DNA of 64,000 nt from positions 32,001 through 96,000 of the IMG/VR virus record IMGVR_UViG_3300005253_000193; one strand, 5' to 3'. This DNA is from a virus. Positions 48,732-56,277 of the stretch are shown here, piece after piece. The notes under the pieces were generated by a model. The model was not told the origin of the DNA and ran no database searches. It was given only the letters and a program-made list of their open reading frames with translations. Position 1 is the stretch's first letter. Each line of letters begins with the position of its first letter. The translations under genes and the position numbers were made by a program.

Positions 48732-49118
48732 TCATCCTTCCTCATCAAGATTGATGACGGCCAGCTTTTTGGCCCCAGCTCTTTCAAGCATATCCCTAGT
48801 ACCCCTGTCCCCAGGGAAAGCTATCAAGGCGTCAGCACAGTCAGCCATGGCCTTATTGCGGATGGGACCTGCTCCCCTACCAAAGCGACCCCAATTTGCC
48901 ATGAACATTTTGACAGGTATGCTATTTTCTTCGGCCCATACCTTCCCAAAACTGTCGGCCCCTTTTGCACCCCCACAGACAACCTCAGTTATTTTCATGT
49001 GTTTGTGAAGTAAGTCCAGAACTTTGTGGGCGTCACGATGCCCCGTACTCCAAGAAAAAACTCTATATTCACTTGGTTGGAAGTCCCTGCCCCCGGCTAT
49101 GATGACTTTCATATTCAC
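48732..49118 (-). CDS. SLOG-family (YspA/DUF2493-like) protein
   Basis: 'KVIIAGGRDF', 'GGAKGAD', 'AGPIRN..MA', 'AFPG..GT.DM'. Confidence 0.85.
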   Translation of the reverse strand: MNMKVIIAGGRDFQPSEYRVFSWSTGHRDAHKVLDLLHKHMKITEVVCGGAKGADSFGKVWAEENSIPVKMFMANWGRFGRGAGPIRNKAMADCADALIAFPGDRGTRDMLERAGAKKLAVINLDEEG

Positions 49119-49124
49119 AATTTC

Positions 49125-49415
49125 CTATTTTTTAAGAGTACTCCTTTCAAAAACTTTACGTCCATTAATTACTTTGCTTTTGTAGAGCCCCCTTCTCCTC
49201 ATCACTCTTAAATTGTGATGGTATTCACTGTATAATCCTTGGATAGCTTGTCGGACACTTGGTTTGTGTTCATCATCGTAGTGAGGTAATTTACCAAGAT
49301 CTTCACCACCATTTATTGGAGCCACATATGCCGGTGGACATTTGGTCACTCCTTGTACTTCAACATATTGTTCTATCAGGTCGAGCTCCTCCTTCCGTTC
49401 TTCCTTATCTGTCAT
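49125..49415 (-). CDS. Hypothetical protein
   Basis: 'GVTKCPP' small phage protein. Confidence 0.5.
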   Translation of the reverse strand: MTDKEERKEELDLIEQYVEVQGVTKCPPAYVAPINGGEDLGKLPHYDDEHKPSVRQAIQGLYSEYHHNLRVMRRRGLYKSKVINGRKVFERSTLKK

Positions 49416-50206
49416 TTTCTACCCCTTCCTGCTCCGTGCTCAAGAAACATCACGTTACCATCGTCTGTCCAACATTTTGTGCAGTTACCACAGAATGAGG
49501 AGTCACGCTTTTGGGCCGAGCATAGAAAACTTCCCGGTCTCCACTTCAATGCATCAAATAATCCGCCCTGGATTGTGATTGCTTCCCGCTTCCCCTCTGA
49601 TGGTTTTTCCAAACTCGTTCGGATTGCAAATTTATCCCAATTCCGATCCGACCAAGAACGTATTTCCTTGCCGATCTCACCCTCCACGCTATGGGCCGTA
49701 CTTCCATAGGCACGGAGTTGTGGGATTGTTCCGATCCAACACTCCCAGGCAAGGGCGTATTCTATGCTGTAGAAATCGCCCAATACGTGGAGACGAACGA
49801 CGAAGCCCTCCGCGTGCTTAATTGCAAGTTCCGTCAATTCGACTTGTAGTTGGGGGATAAGGTGGTGGTCGTTTGCCGTTCGGATCGCCCACGGCATTCC
49901 GTGTCCATAGCATGTCCTCCAATGATGGCATGTCCGAGGGCACGTTGCTCGCTCTTCCAACGTCAATGTGTAGATTGGCATTTCAGCCCAGCGCCCCTTC
50001 AGAACCTTACGTCCAATCTTTCGATTGCTGTAGCCCGAGCGGAGTATATTCGTTTGATCGTGGGCGCTTATTACTTTCTTTGGAAAAATGGTCCGTCCAT
50101 CGATGACGGCAAGTAGGTCACCCCTCAATATCATAAGTCCTCTTGGTCGATAACCTTTCGGGAAGCGCCTATGTGCGTGTGATTCTTTCCTTTTCACCAA
50201 TCTCAA
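49412..50206 (-). CDS. gp88-like Cys-cluster (radical-SAM-related) protein
   Basis: 'TCPRTC.....CY', 'VRLHVLGDF', 'CGNCTKCW'. Confidence 0.65.
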   Translation of the reverse strand: MRLVKRKESHAHRRFPKGYRPRGLMILRGDLLAVIDGRTIFPKKVISAHDQTNILRSGYSNRKIGRKVLKGRWAEMPIYTLTLEERATCPRTCHHWRTCYGHGMPWAIRTANDHHLIPQLQVELTELAIKHAEGFVVRLHVLGDFYSIEYALAWECWIGTIPQLRAYGSTAHSVEGEIGKEIRSWSDRNWDKFAIRTSLEKPSEGKREAITIQGGLFDALKWRPGSFLCSAQKRDSSFCGNCTKCWTDDGNVMFLEHGAGRGRK

Positions 50207-51777
50207 AATACGTCCTTCCCTGATACGATTGCTTTGTACAAATCCCTTCCCTCCTTCAGGTAGGCTTTGATACGAAAATCAATGGTCCCTATACCAAGTA
50301 TGTCGAAAAAGAACACTTTCTTTGTTTGGCCGGTTCTGTGACACCGTTTCTCTGCCTGTTTCCTTATTCTGGGAGACACTGGAGATTCAAAGAACACAAC
50401 GTAATTAGCCACCTGTATGTTAAGGGATTTTGATCCGGTTTGACTGTTAAGAACGAGGATAGTAATCTTTGGGTCCGTCTTGAATTGCTTAAGCGTACCC
50501 CCTTTGTCCTTTGTGCCGCCCCAAAGTCTTACAGAGCCTACTCCAAGTTTGTCAAGAGATTTTTTAATCAATTCTCCTGTGTGTGTAAAATCATGAAATA
50601 CCACCATCTTTGAAGTGGTGGGCAATTCCTTAACAAGCTGTATGAGTGCTTCAATTTTTGGGTTCTGTTTGAAGTCAACGTATACCTTTTTTCTTTTCCT
50701 GCCCACAGGCTCATCTGTCTCCTCCCGAAGTCCCAGAAAACCAGAGGTTATAGTCCTCATGTTTGTGTAGGCATTGTCAAGCATGGTGAAGTTTCCACGG
50801 ACCATTTCTAGGTCACCTTTTATGTTGTCGTGGAACTTTTGGGCTTCAGTCGAGAGTCTGACTTTTATTATCTGAAATGACTTTTTGGGCAGGTCCGAAC
50901 ATTCACTCTCGTCATAAAATATTGACCTGTTTTTTATAAATTTATGAAGCTTGTTCTTTTTACGCTCGTCAAATACCCACTCCCCATAAGGATTCCAGAA
51001 ACTTTCCTCTTCAATAAAGAATGCCGATCGATACATCCCAAGAGTTTTTCCAAGGGTGTCACCGTGGTCAATACAATAGAATTGAGCCCAAAAATCTATG
51101 GGGTCCCGACCCATGGGAGTCCCAGTAAGGGCAAAACGGATTTTGCAGGACCGAGATAGAATCCGACATATCTGATGTGTTAGACTGAGATGGTTTTTTA
51201 CTTCATCCGACTCATCCCACACGACAGCATCAAATTGACGGCAGAAGTCGCTAACCAATTTCCAATCAAATTGTCGCTCTCTTCTTTTGCCCTTTTTCTT
51301 TTTGATAGGAACTCTTAATTCAGTTACCATGGCAACCAAGCCACCGTAATTTAGAACACAAATGTCAAAGTCCTGTTTGAGAAGCTCCCAACGCTTCTTG
51401 CTTTTTCCGTGGAATAGAACGTATTTCAGATGGGGGGCGTGAATTTGAATTTGCTCTTCCCAACCATCTATAGTTACGATGTTTGGAACAAGAACCAAAG
51501 CCCTACCTGTTTTCCCGGCCCGTTGAAAATAGGAGATCAAATCGAGAACAATCTTTGTCTTTCCTGTTCCAAGATCGAGCAAGAATAGGAAACTTGGGAA
51601 ATGCACCCCAATTAAGAAACAAGCCTTTTGATGGAGGAAGGGTTTTGTGTGAAAATTGGGGGCTAGGGGGAGCTCAGCCAGAGCCTTGTCAAGCTCCTTG
51701 CTTGATTCCTTTTTTATCCAGTCGAAGTCATCCAGCTCCCTATCAAGAAAGTCCTTTATGGCAAATTCAGAAATCAT
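50203..51777 (-). CDS. SNF2-family helicase
   Basis: 'DLGTGKT', 'WDES', 'LTGTP', 'QAEKRCHRTGQ'. Confidence 0.9.
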   Translation of the reverse strand: MISEFAIKDFLDRELDDFDWIKKESSKELDKALAELPLAPNFHTKPFLHQKACFLIGVHFPSFLFLLDLGTGKTKIVLDLISYFQRAGKTGRALVLVPNIVTIDGWEEQIQIHAPHLKYVLFHGKSKKRWELLKQDFDICVLNYGGLVAMVTELRVPIKKKKGKRRERQFDWKLVSDFCRQFDAVVWDESDEVKNHLSLTHQICRILSRSCKIRFALTGTPMGRDPIDFWAQFYCIDHGDTLGKTLGMYRSAFFIEEESFWNPYGEWVFDERKKNKLHKFIKNRSIFYDESECSDLPKKSFQIIKVRLSTEAQKFHDNIKGDLEMVRGNFTMLDNAYTNMRTITSGFLGLREETDEPVGRKRKKVYVDFKQNPKIEALIQLVKELPTTSKMVVFHDFTHTGELIKKSLDKLGVGSVRLWGGTKDKGGTLKQFKTDPKITILVLNSQTGSKSLNIQVANYVVFFESPVSPRIRKQAEKRCHRTGQTKKVFFFDILGIGTIDFRIKAYLKEGRDLYKAIVSGKDVF

Positions 51778-52033
51778 TTGCTAGTTCCAGAAGGACGTCT
51801 CCGTGGCAGGCTAATGGAGCACACCAACAGACAAGGTCTTTGCCACGTAGCTCATGAAGGGCTGCCATTAGCTTTGGACTCTGAAGCAAGTAAGCACGAT
51901 ATTTCCTGATGACCTCTTCTCTGGTTCCATCAGGACCGATCCTGTAAGGATTGCCCCACTTGCTCCCCCGTCCAATATAAACGGCGTTCTTTGGTATATC
52001 GCCGTGGCGTCTGTTAAGAACCTCAATTACATT
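51767..52033 (-). CDS. DUF4326-family protein lacking a canonical start (not in the ORF track)
   Basis: 'VYIGRGSKWGNPY', 'ELRGKDLVCWCAPLACHGDVL'; in-frame TAG at 52034-52036 immediately upstream. Confidence 0.75.
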   Translation of the reverse strand, partial: NVIEVLNRRHGDIPKNAVYIGRGSKWGNPYRIGPDGTREEVIRKYRAYLLQSPKLMAALHELRGKDLVCWCAPLACHGDVLLELANDF

Positions 52034-52081
52034 CTACTCCTCAGAGTAAAAATTCCTTATGGCAAATTCAGAAATCACTGC

Positions 52082-52531
52082 TCAACCAGATACCACCTTC
52101 AACTGTGGTTGAGACATTGCTTCATCAATCCATTCTCTAATCTGATTTGGTGTAGTAAATCCTTCAGCGATGCGGTTGGCAATGTTTACCTTTTCATCAT
52201 CCAGTAGAGGGAGTGATTCCAAAGCTGCCAATACCCTACCAAAGTTTCCGCCTCCATCCTCCCCTGTTTGGGCATTGTAGGCACCCCACATCACACCATC
52301 AAGATCAAGTTTCAAAACCTTCTCCAAGACTTGCATCCCCTCTTCAAACGAGGGTGTTTTGTCCAGAGCTGCCGTAAGAGTGCAAAAACGAGAGTGCATA
52401 CCCGGCACCACACATGATTTGCAGTGCATACGATCAACCTCACCTAGTTCCGTTGCTGGCCTGTGATCATACATTGCATCACTGAGGGCCTTATGTTGTT
52501 CCTCTGTCATCGTATGTGTCCAATGTGGCAT
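52082..52531 (-). CDS. Hypothetical protein
   Basis: 149 aa; GGAG SD. Confidence 0.55.
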   Translation of the reverse strand: MPHWTHTMTEEQHKALSDAMYDHRPATELGEVDRMHCKSCVVPGMHSRFCTLTAALDKTPSFEEGMQVLEKVLKLDLDGVMWGAYNAQTGEDGGGNFGRVLAALESLPLLDDEKVNIANRIAEGFTTPNQIREWIDEAMSQPQLKVVSG

Positions 52532-52608
52532 GATTGCTCTCCCTTAATTGAGGCACCAACAAATAAGGCCCTTCCCCGTGGACCCAAACTGTCCATCCAG
52601 GACAATGT

Positions 52609-52884
52609 TTAACTTGCCCCTCCTGATGAACAAGTATTAGAACTTCGGATCTCGTTGGGGGCCGCCGGATTTTTTGGGCTTAGGGGGGCATTGGCCGATT
52701 TGACAAGTGTGAGTCTCTTCTCGTCGAGCCACTCCTCCTCCAGAACCTTGCCCTCCTTCGTGAGCTTCTTCGACTGGACCGCGAAACGTGTGCATCCATT
52801 GTGTCAGTCCGTTCTGGCAACGACGACCCCGGTGAACCCGGTGACTGTATCCTTCACCATATCGTTGAGGCGAATGTCGGTCAT
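52609..52884 (-). pseudogene. Small conserved-looking phage gene with in-frame TGA (codon 27) and probable C-terminal frameshift
   Basis: MTDIRLNDMVKDTVTGFTGVVVARTD*HNGCTRFAVQ...WLDEKRL; GGAG SD; -1 frame ends SGGPQRDPKF*. Confidence 0.65.
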
Positions 52885-52937
52885 GTCTTAATCTCCTTCA
52901 GCCCTGTTGTCTCTATCAAGTTTCCTAATCGCCGGAC

Positions 52938-53939
52938 TCACATCTTGAAGGACGGAGCCTGCATCCACACCCCATCCTTGAACCAAGTATGGGTGGTGAC
53001 TAGGCTGATGTAATGAACCCGCGCCCCGTCGACGACGATCTGTCCAACGAACTGATCGTTCTTGATCGTGATGAGCACAACGTCGGGGAAGGTGGTAGAT
53101 GCTTCCTCCCGCTTCTCCGTGAATTCATCGTCCAGGAGGCCGATGATGATGTTTTTCGTGTCCTCCCGTTCCGCTTTGGAGACGGATTCAAGCGCATCCC
53201 CCAAGCCCCCCAGATTGTCGACTTTGGGGAGAGGACGACGCTGCGGCTCCTTGCCGATGCCCAGCTTGATTTGACGGACTGCTTCACTTCCATAGCACTC
53301 CCTGATGAGAGCTTCCCAAATCTCACGGAAGTACCGTCGGGAGGGGGAACGCTCAATGCCAACCAGCCGCCCACCGATGATGATAAGAGCCCCAACCTGT
53401 TTGGGCACACGCTCGAACTCGGCCACAAACAAGTCCAGTTCCTTTTGGAACTTGTCCATGAAGTCGATCAGGTCTCCAGGGCCGCTTAGTCCAGCCTCGG
53501 TCTTGAAGTTCCTGATGTTACCCCAGATGGCGGAGAAGTCGGGGTTGGCATTGGTGAGAGCTGCTTCCCTGAGGGACCAAGGGAGCAAGGAAAACTTGTG
53601 CTCACCACGCGGGATAGTTCCGCCTTGGGTTTCCTGGACACACAACGCATTGTCGAAGACTCGCCTGCCCTTGACGAAGCCACCCTTGCGGAGAGCATGA
53701 TCTTGAGCTCTCTCGCGGACGAGGTAGGCGGTTTGTGGCGGGACCAGGATCTCCTCGTCCGGGGACCTTGCGTCGATGTTCAGGTTTCCATAGGTGCTGT
53801 TATGAACCGTGGCCCCCTCAGGGCTGACAAATCTGTCATCCTCCAGGTCACTCAGCAGGGGAATGACCTGCATGATGCCGACGGTCTGCATCCGCCCAGG
53901 GGTGCATCCCCTGAGCATTTCGGAAATGTTGCGGGTCAT
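52938..53939 (-). CDS. ARPP-like (DUF6569/ARPP-1 or ARPP-2-like) protein
   Basis: 'MQVIPL', 'AQDHAL', 'CVQETQGG', 'FVAEFE.VP.QVGA', 'GIE..PS'; family recalled from memory. Confidence 0.55.
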   Translation of the reverse strand: MTRNISEMLRGCTPGRMQTVGIMQVIPLLSDLEDDRFVSPEGATVHNSTYGNLNIDARSPDEEILVPPQTAYLVRERAQDHALRKGGFVKGRRVFDNALCVQETQGGTIPRGEHKFSLLPWSLREAALTNANPDFSAIWGNIRNFKTEAGLSGPGDLIDFMDKFQKELDLFVAEFERVPKQVGALIIIGGRLVGIERSPSRRYFREIWEALIRECYGSEAVRQIKLGIGKEPQRRPLPKVDNLGGLGDALESVSKAEREDTKNIIIGLLDDEFTEKREEASTTFPDVVLITIKNDQFVGQIVVDGARVHYISLVTTHTWFKDGVWMQAPSFKM

Positions 53940-53960
53940 GATGTTACCTCCTCTTATCGG

Positions 53961-54128
53961 TTAATTCGCATCTGGCGCATCATCGTCGTCGCCGGTCAAC
54001 CAATTGAGCATGGCGACCAAACCATCTTCGTAACTCTTACCTTCGTAATGAGTTCCTTGGTCCTGGCCTTCATTTGCCCAATTCGCTACCCTATCGATCT
54101 CATCATCAGAGCGTTTGATGACACGCAT
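53961..54128 (-). CDS. 55-aa acidic protein (not in the ORF track)
   Basis: MRVIKRSDDEIDRVANWANEGQDQGTHYEGKSYEDGLVAMLNWLTGDDDDAPDAN; GGGAG SD; fills the gap in the operon. Confidence 0.7.
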   Translation of the reverse strand: MRVIKRSDDEIDRVANWANEGQDQGTHYEGKSYEDGLVAMLNWLTGDDDDAPDAN

Positions 54129-54140
54129 TTAACGTCTCCC

Positions 54141-55778
54141 CTATTCAAACCACCCAAGATCACCAAGCCGATGCTCCTTGATGGTGCTGGTGAGGATCAT
54201 GGTGATAGCTTTCTTGATGTCCGTATTGATGAACAACTTCAGGGCGGAACTCACCAAAGCTTCGGGGCTGACTACGGGTATGGCTGCGCTGACCCCACCA
54301 AGGACCCGGATACCCTCGGACTCGGCCCCTGTAACCGGCGAGACTTGGATCACAGGCGTATCTATGCCCATGTCCCTAACTCGCTCCAGGGTGTCGCCGA
54401 AGCGGCCAGCCGGGGCATTTTCGTAGCCGTCGGTAATGACGAAGACTGCATCGGGTTCGTGCTCCAGGAGACCAACCAAGGAAAGTGCCAGATTGGTATC
54501 ACCCTTGGGCTGAATAAGGGCACCCTGACCATTCCCTCCGACGTAGTGGACAGTGGACAGATTCGACGCTGCACGCAATACATCCTCGACTGCCAGAGCG
54601 ACGGCAATGGGATGAAGCTTTTGGGTCTTATGTCCATACATGGACGCCGATGCATCGACTATGATACCGACGTTCTCATAATGGAAGGGAAGCGTTTTGG
54701 CAACGTCCTCAGCCTTCTTGTCTAGGGCTTTCCTGATCTCAGCCGTCATGCCCATCTCGTAGGCGTAGATGTACAGCTTGACGGCATCATGCTTGAGAGG
54801 ATCGAAGGCAACCTCGACACCTTCCCGTTTGGCTTGGGCCTGTACGTTGATACGTTGCTTGGAAGACATCTGGTCCTTAGCCAGCTCAAGGACTTCCCCA
54901 CTTTTCACTTCCTTGTGGAACTGTCCACGGATTCCCTCCAGGACCTCTGGGGGAAGCCTTTCACCCTTGCTCAGATCATTACGCGCCTTGCGTACAGCCG
55001 CAATGATTGGAGCATCAGGATTTTCCGTTACATAGGGAACGGAAGATCCCAAGGCGTAGGCGATGGCCAAACGAGACTCGATGCCGGGGGAAGGAAAACC
55101 AGGAATATATCTGTAAACATTTTCCCTGATCAGTTTGGTCTCATCCGGCTCCCACTCCTGATAAGGGCGTTGAAGAATGGAGCGAATGACACCGGACAAC
55201 TTCTGGCCCCACACATGTCGGAGGATTGCCCCGTACTTGCGTCGATACCTGACTGCCCTCATTTCGAGGGAACCCACCGCCCCGGTATGGAGAAGGTGGC
55301 GGAGGATCAGCTTCCTCGTCCGCATGTTGTTGATCCTGGCCTGCCCAGCCATGACAAACGTCCTGAGCTGGCGCGGGACGGTGATCCCGTCGCACAGATA
55401 TTCCAGGAGATTCCGCTCCATCTCGGCGTGATGCTTTTTGGTGGTCTGAAGCATCCCTCCGCTGTGCTTATCCGAAAGCAGGCGAAGGATGCCTTGCTGC
55501 CTCGACCTGTCCATGACACCCGGCAGGGCCAAGACCGCACCATATAGGAGGCGGTCGTACAGGAACATCTTTTTGTGCGCCTCCAACTCGGCGGCTTCCT
55601 GTTCCTCCTTGGAGTTGTAGAAGGTCGCTCGGCCCTTGGCGGTGATCACGAAGTCCAGAAAGGACTCCAGGTCCTTTGAAAGACTGACGAACTGGCTGTT
55701 GGGAAGATGGATGGGAACCATAAGCTGGCTCCTGACGGCGGGCAGAGACGCGGACACTGCGGGGATGTTCTGGTTCAT
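54141..55778 (-). CDS. Helical N-terminal + vWA domain protein (Ro60/TROVE-like architecture)
   Basis: MIDAS motifs 'IVDASASM', 'GDTNL', 'ITDGYEN'; about 370-aa basic helical N-terminus; 545 aa, similar in size to Ro60/Rsr. Confidence 0.65.
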   Translation of the reverse strand: MNQNIPAVSASLPAVRSQLMVPIHLPNSQFVSLSKDLESFLDFVITAKGRATFYNSKEEQEAAELEAHKKMFLYDRLLYGAVLALPGVMDRSRQQGILRLLSDKHSGGMLQTTKKHHAEMERNLLEYLCDGITVPRQLRTFVMAGQARINNMRTRKLILRHLLHTGAVGSLEMRAVRYRRKYGAILRHVWGQKLSGVIRSILQRPYQEWEPDETKLIRENVYRYIPGFPSPGIESRLAIAYALGSSVPYVTENPDAPIIAAVRKARNDLSKGERLPPEVLEGIRGQFHKEVKSGEVLELAKDQMSSKQRINVQAQAKREGVEVAFDPLKHDAVKLYIYAYEMGMTAEIRKALDKKAEDVAKTLPFHYENVGIIVDASASMYGHKTQKLHPIAVALAVEDVLRAASNLSTVHYVGGNGQGALIQPKGDTNLALSLVGLLEHEPDAVFVITDGYENAPAGRFGDTLERVRDMGIDTPVIQVSPVTGAESEGIRVLGGVSAAIPVVSPEALVSSALKLFINTDIKKAITMILTSTIKEHRLGDLGWFE

Positions 55779-55804
55779 GGTCAGTTCCCTTTATCCAAAC
55801 AAGA

Positions 55805-55881
55805 GGCCCGGTAAGGTCGTTCGTCAGTTTTGCGTAGACACTCCTGAAGTGTATGCTGTACTGACAGACTAGTTCCGGGCC
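55805..55881 (-). ncRNA. Structured RNA unit 1 (Y-RNA-like stem with mini hairpin payload)
   Basis: GGCCCGG/CCGGGCC end stem, AACUAG/CCUUA internal loop, GUCAGU/ACUGAC stem, UACAG, hairpin ACAC-UUCAGGA-GUGU. Confidence 0.75.
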
Positions 55882-55904
55882 ACTTGGTCGTTCATTTTAT
55901 TACA

Positions 55905-55985
55905 GTCCGGTAAGGTTGTTCGTCGTGGTGCGTCATTGATCGACTTCAACGTCGAGGATGCTGTAACGGCGATCTAGTTCCGGAC
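55905..55985 (-). ncRNA. Structured RNA unit 2
   Basis: GUCCGG/CCGGAC end stem, same internal loop, CGCCGU/ACGACG stem (one mismatch), UACAG, hairpin UCGAC-GUUGAA-GUCGA, payload ends ACCA. Confidence 0.75.
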
Positions 55986-56010
55986 CTTTTTTAACAATTG
56001 GTTTAGGCGA

Positions 56011-56132
56011 GCCGGTAAGGATGTACGTTGTATTTGGTGGATGTGATTGGAATCGAACCAATTACACACTGATTGAAGTCAGTTGCTCTACCGAATGAGC
56101 TACATATCCTGTAACAACGTTCTAGTTCCGGC
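56011..56132 (-). ncRNA. Structured RNA unit 3 enclosing a complete tRNA-like cloverleaf
   Basis: GCCGG/CCGGC end stem, same internal loop, ACGUUGU/ACAACGU stem, UACAG. Confidence 0.8.
56035..56109 (-). tRNA. tRNA-like element (75 nt, encoded CCA) with non-canonical 6-nt anticodon loop CUUCAA
   Basis: GGATATG TA GCTC ATTCGGTA GAGC A ACTGA CTTCAA TCAGT GTGTA ATTGG TTCGATT CCAAT CACATCC A CCA. Confidence 0.85.
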
Positions 56133-56210
56133 CCTCCCAGCAACAAAGGAGTTGAAAATGGCGGGAGCCACTTCCATTGGGATGGTCTGCCAAAACCACC
56201 ACCAAAAATG

Positions 56211-56240
56211 ATACTACTACGCCCCCAAATGCTTTGGCAA
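56211..56240 (-). promoter_or_regulatory. Putative sigma70-like promoter for the RNA array/vWA operon
   Basis: TTGCCA-18 bp-TAGTAT on the minus strand, with a very AT-rich tract upstream (56245-56275). Confidence 0.45.
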
Positions 56241-56277
56241 CAGATTTTTTTAACTTAATTTATATACACTATAGTTC

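Noticed and set aside
53598-55547. Long plus-strand ORFs (375 and 252 aa), and similar antisense ORFs such as 14333..15250
   Set aside because: They are antisense shadows of codon-biased real genes and show no recognisable motifs.
56035-56109. Calling it a standard tRNA-Trp/Sec(UCA)
   Set aside because: The loop has 6 nt, there is no long Sec variable arm, and the discriminator is A; identity cannot be assigned.
55805-56132. CRISPR mini-array interpretation of the three repeats
   Set aside because: The conserved parts are paired termini of each unit rather than identical direct repeats, unit lengths vary (77-122 nt), and there are no cas genes.
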